Source: Actinomycetes bacterium
GTDB lineage: Bacteria > Actinomycetota > Actinomycetes > JAWWOW01
Direction of reading: 5' to 3'
DNA length: 64,000 nt
Assembly (NCBI GenBank): GCA_045807285.1
Contig: JBJMHR010000033.1
Span: forward strand, 66,792 to 130,791
The position numbers and the translations under genes are program-made. Below the pieces are notes generated by a model, which was not told the origin of the DNA, made no database searches, and saw only the letters and a list, made by a program, of their open reading frames with translations. Below, piece by piece: positions 19,238-27,474 of this stretch; the stretch's first letter is position 1, and each line of letters begins with the position of its first letter.

Positions 19238-19518
19238 GCTGCGGCGACCCGCACGAGGTGGACTGCCGTGAGGTGCTCGAGCGCGTGTACTTCTACCTCG
19301 ACGGCGAGATCGATGACGACGACTGCGCGCGGATCCGCGATCATCTCGACGAGTGCGCGCCATGCCTGCGCGAGTTCGGTATCGAGCAAGAGGTGAAGGC
19401 CCTCGTCGCGCGTTCGTGTGGATGCGAGACCGCTCCCGAGACGCTCCGCGAGCGCGTCATGCTGCGCATCCAGTCCGTGCGCATCGAGATCGACCACCGC
19501 GAGTTCCGCGCCGACTGA
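19234..19518 (+). CDS. rshA: Anti-sigma factor RshA/RsrA (ZAS family)
   Basis: [38 protein letters not shown] is a zinc-associated anti-sigma H-x3-C-x2-C. Overlaps the sigH stop (ATGA). Confidence 0.8.
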   Translation: MSCGDPHEVDCREVLERVYFYLDGEIDDDDCARIRDHLDECAPCLREFGIEQEVKALVARSCGCETAPETLRERVMLRIQSVRIEIDHREFRAD

Positions 19519-19519
19519 C

Positions 19520-20500
19520 ATGACCTCTTGGCTCGTGACCGGCGGTGCCGGCTATATCGGCGCTCACGTCGTTCGCGCGCTCCTCGACGAAGGTGAACGC
19601 GTTGTCGTCATCGACGATCTCTCGACCGGAGCGACCGGTCGTACCGGTACCGCGGCGTTGGTCAACGGCAGCATCCTCGACGAAGATCTGGTTCGTACGA
19701 CGCTGAAGGAACACGCCGTCCAAGGGATCGTGCACATCGCAGCCAAGAAACAGGTGGGGGAGTCGGTCGCCGACCCGCTGTTCTACTACCGCGAGAACGT
19801 CGGCGGTTTGGTCAGTCTCCTGCGCGCGTCCGTCGACGCGGGCGTCGACGCCTTCGTGTTCTCCAGCAGCGCTGCGACGTATGGTCTGCCGCAAACCGCG
19901 GAAGTGACCGAGGACTCGCCGACCATCCCGATCAGTCCATACGGCGAGACGAAGGTGATCGGCGAATGGATCGCGCGTGACGTCGCCAACATCACGAGCA
20001 TGCGCGCGGTCTCACTTCGCTATTTCAACGTCGCGGGGTGCATGGGCCCTGAGCTGGGCGACCCCGGGGTGTTCAACCTCATACCGCTGGTCTTTCAGTC
20101 GCTCGCGAACGGTGAACCGCCACAGGTGTTCGGCGACGACTACCCGACCCATGACGGCACCTGCATTCGCGACTACATCCACGTCGGCGACATCGCGGAC
20201 GCGCACGTTGCGGCGCTCCGCCACCTCGCGGCCGGCGGCGCGTCCGCGACGTACAACATCGGCCGCGGCGAGGGCGTCAGCGTGTACGAGGTGTTGCGAA
20301 CCGTCGAGGACGTCACCGGCATCCCGGTCCGGCCGAAGGTCGTCGCGCGGCGTCCGGGGGACCCGGCGCATGTGGTTGCCGTCGTCGACAAGATCAAGGC
20401 CGAGCTGGGTTGGCAGGCGCGCTACGACCTGCGTGACATGGTCGAGTCTGCGTGGACTGCCTGGGTCGCCCGGCATGGCCGGCCGGCGACCGCCTCTTAA
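19520..20500 (+). CDS. galE: UDP-glucose 4-epimerase
   Basis: MTSWLVTGGAGYIGAHVV Rossmann fold, a YxxxK short-chain dehydrogenase region, and SAATYG. Confidence 0.85.
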   Translation: MTSWLVTGGAGYIGAHVVRALLDEGERVVVIDDLSTGATGRTGTAALVNGSILDEDLVRTTLKEHAVQGIVHIAAKKQVGESVADPLFYYRENVGGLVSLLRASVDAGVDAFVFSSSAATYGLPQTAEVTEDSPTIPISPYGETKVIGEWIARDVANITSMRAVSLRYFNVAGCMGPELGDPGVFNLIPLVFQSLANGEPPQVFGDDYPTHDGTCIRDYIHVGDIADAHVAALRHLAAGGASATYNIGRGEGVSVYEVLRTVEDVTGIPVRPKVVARRPGDPAHVVAVVDKIKAELGWQARYDLRDMVESAWTAWVARHGRPATAS

Positions 20501-20571
20501 GCGTTCGGCCGCTTGCCGTGGTTGGCCTTGCTCTTCTTGCGGGCCTTGCGCTTGCGGGACTTCTTCGCCAT
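20497..20571 (-). CDS. 24-aa highly basic peptide (MAKKSRKRKARKKSKANHGKRPNA); resembles actinobacterial ribosomal protein bL37
   Basis: ATG preceded by GGAG 6 nt upstream. The TAA overlaps the galE stop. The KANHGKRPNA C-terminus matches, from memory, the 24-residue mycobacterial bL37. Below the ORF-track size cutoff. Confidence 0.45.
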   Translation of the reverse strand: MAKKSRKRKARKKSKANHGKRPNA

Positions 20572-20592
20572 CTGCAGCTCCTGCCTCTTGAC

Positions 20593-20620
20593 GGGAATTG
20601 AGTCGAGCGCTATCAATGTT
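20593..20620 (+). promoter_or_regulatory. Putative SigH/SigR-type ECF promoter (GGGAAT-N19-GTT) upstream of hsp20
   Basis: GGGAAT at 20593-20598 and GTT at 20618-20620, about 66 nt upstream of the hsp20 start. Confidence 0.4.
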
Positions 20621-20685
20621 CTTGGTGGTGCAGCCAGCAAGTCGCCCGCTCTGGGAGCCGGGCCCGTCTACCTGGGAGGAGTCAG

Positions 20686-21207
20686 ATGGAGCTGTATCGC
20701 TGGGACCCGTTCACCGCGTTGGAACGTCTGGACCGGCAGTTCGACGACATCGTACGGAAGACATGGGGCCGCTCGGGTGCCGCGCCCGCGGCGGCGGCCA
20801 CCGGGGCCGGCTTCGTCCCGGCCGTGGAGATGGCGCAGGACGGCAGCGACGTCCTCATCAAGCTCGAGTTGCCCGGCATCGACCCGGCGACCGACGTCGA
20901 CGTCTCCGTTCACGAGGGCCGACTGATCGTCAGCGGCGAGCGGCGCGATGTCCGCACCGAAGAGGGCCGCACGACCCTCGTCCGTGAGCTGCGCTACGGC
21001 TCGTTCCGCCGCGAGTTCGCGCTACCGGAGGGCGTCACCCCGGATGACATCGACGCGGGCTACGACAAGGGCCTGCTCGAGCTGCGGCTGAAGAACGTCA
21101 TCAAGCCCGCCGAGCAGCCGCGCAAGATCTCCGTCGCCGTGCGCGGGAACGACACCCCCAAGCAGGTGGAAGGCGAGGTCGAAACGCCCGCGCACAACGC
21201 GAGCTGA
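20686..21207 (+). CDS. Hsp20/alpha-crystallin family small heat-shock protein
   Basis: MELYRWDPFTALERLDRQFDD, the alpha-crystallin domain (GRLIVSGERRD...) and the AGYDKGLLELRL motif. Confidence 0.85.
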   Translation: MELYRWDPFTALERLDRQFDDIVRKTWGRSGAAPAAAATGAGFVPAVEMAQDGSDVLIKLELPGIDPATDVDVSVHEGRLIVSGERRDVRTEEGRTTLVRELRYGSFRREFALPEGVTPDDIDAGYDKGLLELRLKNVIKPAEQPRKISVAVRGNDTPKQVEGEVETPAHNAS

Positions 21208-21222
21208 CGCTTCGCACACTGC

Positions 21223-21248
21223 GAGGGCTCCGGTTCGCCGGGGCCCTC
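21223..21248. terminator. GC-rich hairpin between convergent hsp20 and the downstream hypothetical gene
   Basis: GAGGGCTCCGG-ttcg-CCGGGGCCCTC: an 11-bp stem with one G-U pair, a tetraloop and no U-tract. Confidence 0.3.
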
Positions 21249-21268
21249 GTTGCGCTTGTGGCCTAGCG

Positions 21269-21913
21269 CTAGCCGGCGAGGCGCCGGTTGAGGGCATCGA
21301 GGACGCAGCGCGCGAGCGCGTCGACCTCGTCACTGCGGATCAGTGCACTACCGGTCATGAGCTGTTCGCCTTGCCGAGGGACGGCCAACGTCAGCACGCA
21401 CACCGCGACTGAGCGCCCACCGACCTGTACGACGGCCGCGTGGTCGAGCTCGGCCGGCGTACCGAGCAACTCGCGCAACGCCTCGAGTGTGGCCTGCGCA
21501 ACGAGTCGAGGTCGTGCGGACACGGACGACGACCCCGCCGCCGTGCCCTCGAAGGTCGTGCCGGCGAGTGTCACTGCGATCGTGGTCTCGGCCGCGTCGC
21601 CCGTCGTACGAACGGTGATGCTGGAGACAACGGGGCGCGGTGGTGAGATCTCGCCGTCAGTGCTCGAGTCCTCCGGCTCATCGAACTGCACGACGCTGAC
21701 GATCCGGTGATCGAGGTCGAGGCCATATCGCGCCATCGCCAGCGACTGGATGTCGCGCACGATCTGCTTGGCAGGCTTGCCGGTGCCGGCGAGCACGTGC
21801 ACCTCGGTCGGCACGGCATCGGGTGACGTGACGACGCTGGCCGCTTTGATACCCGGGATCTGGCGCAGCGCATCCTCGAGATCGGGGAGCAGCCGCAGAG
21901 CCGCCATCGTCAC
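21269..21913 (-). CDS. Hypothetical two-domain protein
   Basis: GTG start with GGAAGG 5 nt upstream (ATG at 21907 is the alternative). Begins VTMAALRLLPDLEDALRQIPGIKAASVV. No confident family. Confidence 0.4.
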   Translation of the reverse strand: MTMAALRLLPDLEDALRQIPGIKAASVVTSPDAVPTEVHVLAGTGKPAKQIVRDIQSLAMARYGLDLDHRIVSVVQFDEPEDSSTDGEISPPRPVVSSITVRTTGDAAETTIAVTLAGTTFEGTAAGSSSVSARPRLVAQATLEALRELLGTPAELDHAAVVQVGGRSVAVCVLTLAVPRQGEQLMTGSALIRSDEVDALARCVLDALNRRLAG

Positions 21914-22743
21914 CTGCGTCCTTCCCCACATTCGAAGCTTGCGTGCGTCGCTGGCTCGGTCACGGAGACCCAACCCGCGCGAAGTATCGAGCCCCGCGAG
22001 CCCGAGGACGGGCAGACGGTACGCGCATTGATGTCCCCCCGTGCAATGCCCGGCATCGCGGCATTGTTGTCGTCGGCGTCAAGTCGGCATTCTGGAGCCA
22101 CCCCGCGGCGGAGTGAGGATGCCCCATCCGGCTGGCCAAAGTCACACGCTCCGTAGTCGGCGCCGGTCGCGCGCCGACCGGCTCAATCGCGGCTTCGGAG
22201 CATTCTGCAGATGGACTGCGGCCGTTGGCAGTCATCTGAGCCGCGTTGCTCAATCGGACATCCAAACCCCAGAAGTTCTTTGTTTTGTCAGGGTAGCGGC
22301 GCATTGGCCGCGGCGCCGAATCGGGCATTCGCTTAGTTGCGTGTCGGAAGTTGGCGTTCTCACGCAAGGTCTGACGAAGGGCGTTAATCTTTGTAACAGT
22401 TGAGGCCTCAAGCGTTCCGAGGACTACGACGATGTGAGGGTGATCTTGCGACACGCATGTGGTCACGATTCGTTATGACACTTGACGCGCGTTGACCACA
22501 ACGGTTCACTCCCTTTGCAGGGTTGTGCGGAGCGCACACGAGTCGCTACAGCAGAGCTGGCGGCTTCTCCGTAGCCCAAGGGAACCAAGCCGGTCGCGGG
22601 GTCGGCGCACGTTGACAACTGCAGACGGGTAGATCGGGACCGGCAGGAACTTCTACGGCTTCTCACCAAACCTGAGCGGAGCGGATCCGCGCGAGCGTAG
22701 CGGTGCTCGTGACTTCAGATCCGTTGGGGGGCGATTAGCCAAC

Positions 22744-22809
22744 ATGAAGAAGCTTGCCGCGGTTATCGAACACATCTTTTCCGCCGGTGCCGGCTGGGGC
22801 TGGGGCTGA
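22744..22809 (+). CDS. Candidate 21-codon Trp-rich small ORF (MKKLAAVIEHIFSAGAGWGWG) in the HD-GYP leader
   Basis: ATG...TGA ORF 71 nt upstream of the HD-GYP start. Only a distant G-run could serve as an SD. Confidence 0.2.
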   Translation: MKKLAAVIEHIFSAGAGWGWG

Positions 22810-22880
22810 GCCCCGTCCCGCGTCGGTAGGGCAAATCCCCTGCCGGTCCCGGTCTCCCCGTCTCTTCCCTCAGGAGATCC

Positions 22881-24257
22881 GTGGTGCCCCGCAAGCAGGC
22901 AAGCGTCATCGCGTTCGTCGCGGTGCTGTTTGCGCTGGCGATAACCGGTCTGTTGTTGACCGCCACCCGCTCTGTCCCGTGGTCATCGGTTGCCGCGTTC
23001 ACTGCGCTGTTCTGGCTGTGCGCGTCATTCACGACACGCGTACGCGGTCACATAACGGTGTCGACCAGTTTCGTCGTTGGGCTCGCCGCTGTCTTGGTGG
23101 TTGGCCCCTTCGGCGCTGGCTTGGTGGGTCTGTCCGACGGACTGAAGCACCTGCCAGGAATGCGGCCCATACAACGGCTGTTCAACGCGGCACAAATGAG
23201 CTTGGCGGGGGTGCTGTCGGGGTTAGTTGTACGAGCTTCCTTCAGCGACAACAAGCGCCTACTGCATGCGGGTGCGAGCAGCGCAGCGTTGATCGCCGCC
23301 ACCATTCTTATTGTCTGTGTGTTCCATCTCGTTAACACGTCCCTTGTTGCTGCGGTCGTCTCGCTCGACGAAGGACTGCCCATTCACCGCGTCTGGCGCG
23401 GTAGTCAGTCCTGGGGAAGCGCGGCGTACCTCGCATACGGATTGCTCGGGCTGCTGATGGCCGTTCTCTGGGTGCGGGTCTCGCTGCTAGCGGGCGTCTT
23501 CGTCTTGATCCCGATCCTGGTTGCGCGCCAGACGTTCGCTCAGTACGCAGCCGAGCGTGAGGAGTATGACGCGACGGTGCGTGCCTTGATCCAATCGGTG
23601 GAGACCAAGGACTACTACACGCGTGGGCACTCCGAACGGGTGTCTCGAGCGACAGTTCTGATCGCGCGCGAATGGGGACTGCGCGAAGACCGGGTGAACG
23701 TCATCCGGTACGCCGGTCTCCTGCATGACGTGGGGAAGCTCGGCGTACCGACCAAGGTGTTGCAAAAGCAGGGCAAGCTGAACGACGCGGAGTTCGACGC
23801 GATCAAGCTGCACCCGATGCGCGGCTACGAGATGCTGCGCGAGATCAGGTTTCTTGAAGAAGCGCTGACCGGCGTCGTACACCATCACGAGCGGATGGAT
23901 GGCAAGGGTTATCCGATGGGTCTGGTGGCCGAGGAGATCCCAGAGTTCGCGCGCATCATCATGGTCGCCGACGCTTTCGACTCCATGACGTCGACGCGTT
24001 CATACCGTGCCGCGAAGAACGTCGAGGAAGCGATCACCGAACTGCGCAAGTGGCAGGGCCAACAGTTCGACCCGTACGCCGTCGAGGCGTTGGTACGCGC
24101 GCTCGAGAAGAACGAGTGGGAGCCACACCCCGAGCCCTTCCACGGCGAACTTGTCGCACGCGATGGCTCATTGCTGCCACGTCCAAGCGGCGCGCCGAAC
24201 TCCGAACGGCGGCAGAGAGATACTGCGCCGGGCTCCGAGCCGCGGCAGGTGTCATGA
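22881..24257 (+). CDS. 7TM-receptor HD-GYP phosphohydrolase (likely c-di-GMP phosphodiesterase)
   Basis: N-terminal multi-TM domain. Intact HD-GYP: GHSERVS, LLHDVGK, HHHERMDGKGYP, DAFDSMTSTRSYR. GGAGA RBS. Lower GC and rare codons (ata, tta, att) compared with its neighbours. Confidence 0.8.
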   Translation: MVPRKQASVIAFVAVLFALAITGLLLTATRSVPWSSVAAFTALFWLCASFTTRVRGHITVSTSFVVGLAAVLVVGPFGAGLVGLSDGLKHLPGMRPIQRLFNAAQMSLAGVLSGLVVRASFSDNKRLLHAGASSAALIAATILIVCVFHLVNTSLVAAVVSLDEGLPIHRVWRGSQSWGSAAYLAYGLLGLLMAVLWVRVSLLAGVFVLIPILVARQTFAQYAAEREEYDATVRALIQSVETKDYYTRGHSERVSRATVLIAREWGLREDRVNVIRYAGLLHDVGKLGVPTKVLQKQGKLNDAEFDAIKLHPMRGYEMLREIRFLEEALTGVVHHHERMDGKGYPMGLVAEEIPEFARIIMVADAFDSMTSTRSYRAAKNVEEAITELRKWQGQQFDPYAVEALVRALEKNEWEPHPEPFHGELVARDGSLLPRPSGAPNSERRQRDTAPGSEPRQVS

Positions 24258-25558
24258 CGCAGGTAGATCCACGCGCGTTGCTGCCTATGCGGCGACGTGG
24301 CGACCTCGACCATCCAGGTGCTGGACCACTTACGGCTGTCGCGGCCTTGTTGTCGGTGGCCGCGGTTGCGGAGACGGCAAGCCGCGGGCTCGTGCAGCCG
24401 AGGATCGGCCTCGCGTTCGCGGCGCTCATCGTCGTCGGCGAGATCGTTCGGGTGCGGCTTCCCGGCGATCGCGAACTTGCTCCGGTCGGCGTCGCGGCCG
24501 CCCTTGCCTACGCATTGGTTCTCGACGTCGGCCGGGAGAAAGCCCAGCACAGCGCGTGGCAAGTCGTCGCCGTCACAGCATTCGCAGTGACACTCGGCAG
24601 CCTGCCGCATCTCGCGGCTGGCCGTTCGGCACGTCTTGACGACCTCGCTCGACGCGTGCTGCTCGCGGGCGTCGCCGCGGCGGTATTCCGACCGTTCGCT
24701 AGCCATCTGCGCGGCAACTCGACCACGTTGATCCTCGCCATGCTGGGCGCGGCACTTGTCGCATCCGCAGTCGATGTCGCACTCGCCAGCGTCGTACGCG
24801 CGGCCGGTCAGTTCCGTCGACTGGTCACCGCTGCGCATGACGAGGTGCGCGCAGCAGCGGGCATCGGCCTCGCTATCGGCGCTACTGGAGTGCTCATTGC
24901 GCTGGCCGCGCGCCCGCTCGGTTTGTGGGCGCTACCCGTATTCACTGTGCCGCTGTTGGTGACGCAGATCTCAGTACGCCGGTACGCAGCAATTCGCGCG
25001 ACGTCCCTGCAGACGATTCGCGCCCTGTCGCGGGTGACGGAGGTCGGCGGTTACGTCGAACCCGGCCACTCGCGACGCGTGAGCGCGGTCGCCGTCGCAC
25101 TTGGTCGCGAGTTCGCGCTCAACGAGTCCGACCTCTTGGATCTCGAGTACGCCGCTCTGATGCACGACATCGGCCAACTGTCGTTCAGCGATCCGATTCC
25201 GGGTGGCGCCACACTCGTCGTTGCACCGCCGGAGCGGCGGCGCATCGCCGAGCTCGGTGCCGAAATCATCCGCACGACGGGAACGCTCGAGCGTGTTGCG
25301 GAGATCGTCGAACGACAGGCTGATGCCTATCGCCTCCCCGGAGCGGGAGCAGACGCCGGGCTGCCGTTGTCGAGCCGCATCATCAAGGTTGCGAACGCCT
25401 ACGACGACCTCGTCGGCGACCGCATCGATCGGGCCACGACCGAGGCCGCACTCGAACGGCTCCGGCTCGGCTCGATCTCGGAGTACGACCCACGCGTCGT
25501 CGAGGCACTCGACCGCGTGCTACGCCGCAGCGGTCTCGCGCTGACGCTGATCAGCTAA
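24254..25558 (+). CDS. Degenerate 7TM-HD paralog (HD retained, HHE/GYP motifs lost)
   Basis: Coupled to the upstream gene (ATGA). Has GHSRRVS and ALMHDIGQ, but QADAYRLPGAGADAGLP replaces HHExxDGxGYP. Confidence 0.7.
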   Translation: MTQVDPRALLPMRRRGDLDHPGAGPLTAVAALLSVAAVAETASRGLVQPRIGLAFAALIVVGEIVRVRLPGDRELAPVGVAAALAYALVLDVGREKAQHSAWQVVAVTAFAVTLGSLPHLAAGRSARLDDLARRVLLAGVAAAVFRPFASHLRGNSTTLILAMLGAALVASAVDVALASVVRAAGQFRRLVTAAHDEVRAAAGIGLAIGATGVLIALAARPLGLWALPVFTVPLLVTQISVRRYAAIRATSLQTIRALSRVTEVGGYVEPGHSRRVSAVAVALGREFALNESDLLDLEYAALMHDIGQLSFSDPIPGGATLVVAPPERRRIAELGAEIIRTTGTLERVAEIVERQADAYRLPGAGADAGLPLSSRIIKVANAYDDLVGDRIDRATTEAALERLRLGSISEYDPRVVEALDRVLRRSGLALTLIS

Positions 25559-26116
25559 CTCCGTCTCGTCGCTCGCGCGGCGACGATGCATCCCGGAGAC
25601 GATCAACAACGCGACACCCGACACGATGAGGATGTCGCCGACACTCACGATCTCGGGCCGGCCAGGCAGCGGCACGGGAACAACGTCACTGAACGCGCGT
25701 AACCGCGTATGGCTGTCGGCGATTTCGTGCGTGCTGTCCTCGGCCCGCAGGAGCGAGCCCGCAGGAACGCCCGCGCGGGACTCGGCGTACAACGACACGG
25801 GCATCACGCCATTCGCCGCGATGACAGCGGCGTTGAGCAGAAGCCCGGCTGCCAAGAGCGGTACACCTTCGACGGCGCGGTTGCGCGTGAGCACCGTCAA
25901 CACGCATACCGCAGCCGCGAGCGGACCTCCAACCGCTGCGGCGTAGCCAGCGGCGCCGCCGATCGTCGACAGCATGGCGCCGGCGACGACAGCTGCGATC
26001 GCGACCAATACAACCCGCCATCCACGCATGGGCACGTCCGCGAGTCGCTCCAGCCGCCCGCCGGTTGCCCAGCCGACGAGGATCGCGCCGACGGTGACAG
26101 AGAGCAGAAGAGCCAC
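25520..26116 (-). CDS. Hypothetical membrane protein
   Basis: Multiple hydrophobic helices. Converges on the HD paralog with a 39-nt overlap. Start uncertain. Confidence 0.4.
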   Translation of the reverse strand: MALLLSVTVGAILVGWATGGRLERLADVPMRGWRVVLVAIAAVVAGAMLSTIGGAAGYAAAVGGPLAAAVCVLTVLTRNRAVEGVPLLAAGLLLNAAVIAANGVMPVSLYAESRAGVPAGSLLRAEDSTHEIADSHTRLRAFSDVVPVPLPGRPEIVSVGDILIVSGVALLIVSGMHRRRASDETELADQRQRETAAA

Positions 26117-26133
26117 GTCGGTAGTGTGCGCTG

Positions 26134-27474
26134 GTGTTCGAGTCGCTGCTGGTAGCGAATCGCGGTGAGATCGCGCGTCGCGTCATTCGCAGCGCACAAC
26201 GCGTCGGGCTGCGCGCCATTGCGGTGTACTCCGAGGCTGATGCCGACTTGCCGTACGTCGCCGAGGCGGACGAGGCGATCCTGCTCGGGCCGGCGCCGCC
26301 CGCGGAGAGTTATCTCGACATCGCGAAGCTGCTCGAAGCAGCCGGGCAGGCGCGGGCCGAGGCGATCCACCCCGGGTACGGCTTCCTCGCCGAAAGTGCA
26401 GAGTTCGCTGCGGCGGTGATCGACGCGGGCTTGACATGGGTCGGCCCGGGAGCCGATGCAATCGCCGCGATGGGCGACAAAGTGAAGGCACGCAACGTCA
26501 TGGCCGATGCCGGCGTACCGGTGGCGAGCGGGACTCGCGACCCGGTCCCGGACGCTGACGCCGCGGTCGCTGCCGCCGCGCGGATCGGTTATCCCGTGAT
26601 GGTGAAAGCTGCTGCCGGTGGTGGTGGCATCGGCATGGGCGTGGCTGCAGATGATGGCGCACTGCGGGCAGCGTTCGATACTGCGCGCAGTCGCGCCGAA
26701 CGGTTCTTCAGCAGCCCCGCGATCTTCCTGGAGCGCTACATACCCGGCGCCCGCCACGTCGAGGTCCAGATCCTTGGGCTGGCCGACGGTCGCGTCGTCG
26801 CTCTCGGCGAGCGCGATTGCTCAGTGCAGCGGCGGCATCAGAAGGTCGCGGAAGAGACACCGTCCCCCGGTATCACCGACGAACTGCGCCAGACAATGCT
26901 CGCTGCGGCAGTGCGCGCCGGCGAGGCTGTTGGTTACCGCAACGCCGGCACCGTCGAGTGTCTTGTTGATCCAGCAGCGCAGACGTTCGTGTTTCTCGAG
27001 ATGAACACCCGCCTTCAGGTCGAGCATCCCGTGACGGAACTCGTCACTGGCATCGACGTCGTCGAGCAGCAGCTTCGCATCGCTGCCAACGAGGACGTGA
27101 CCTTCGACGTCGACGCGGTGCAGCCGCGCGGGCATGCACTCGAGCTTCGGGTGTACGCCGAAGATCCGAAGCGCTTCCTGCCGTCACCAGGCCACATCGA
27201 CGAGTGGCAGGAGCCGAACGGTGACGGCATCCGCGTTGACAGCGGATACTCCGCAGGCAACACCGTCACGCCGCACTACGACCCGTTGTTGGCCAAGCTG
27301 TGTGTGTACGGCGCGGATCGCGAGCACGTTCTGGAACGAGCGCGCGTCGCCGTCGCCGAGTTCAACATCACCGGCGTGAAGACGAATCTCCCGTTCTTCG
27401 CCGAGCTGCTGCAGGACGCCAGCTTTGTGTCCGGCGCATACGACACCGGTCTCGTCGACAGGATGCGCTCATGA
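26134..27474 (+). CDS. accC: Biotin carboxylase subunit (stand-alone BC)
   Basis: MFESLLVANRGEIARRVIRS, the ATP-grasp motifs and EMNTRLQVEHPVTE. 446 aa with no fused BCCP. Confidence 0.85.
   Translation: MFESLLVANRGEIARRVIRSAQRVGLRAIAVYSEADADLPYVAEADEAILLGPAPPAESYLDIAKLLEAAGQARAEAIHPGYGFLAESAEFAAAVIDAGLTWVGPGADAIAAMGDKVKARNVMADAGVPVASGTRDPVPDADAAVAAAARIGYPVMVKAAAGGGGIGMGVAADDGALRAAFDTARSRAERFFSSPAIFLERYIPGARHVEVQILGLADGRVVALGERDCSVQRRHQKVAEETPSPGITDELRQTMLAAAVRAGEAVGYRNAGTVECLVDPAAQTFVFLEMNTRLQVEHPVTELVTGIDVVEQQLRIAANEDVTFDVDAVQPRGHALELRVYAEDPKRFLPSPGHIDEWQEPNGDGIRVDSGYSAGNTVTPHYDPLLAKLCVYGADREHVLERARVAVAEFNITGVKTNLPFFAELLQDASFVSGAYDTGLVDRMRS

Noticed and set aside
20497-20571. Alternative identity of the 24-aa basic peptide as ribosomal bS22 or L34/L36
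   Set aside because: From memory, the sequences of those proteins differ: bS22 is about 33 aa and RKRM-rich, and L36 has Cys residues. The C-terminal KANHGKRPNA fits bL37 better.
22482-22617. Sigma-A-type promoters at the three TTGAC hexamers in the AT-rich island
   Set aside because: No TANNNT -10 element lies at 16-19 nt spacing from any of them.
22811-22880. Possible c-di-GMP (GEMM) riboswitch between the small ORF and the HD-GYP start (GGCAAATCCCCTGCC...)
   Set aside because: Only a vague resemblance to the GGCAAACC element. The conserved GGGACGCAAAGCC-type second element and the pairing pattern were not found. A covariance-model scan is needed.
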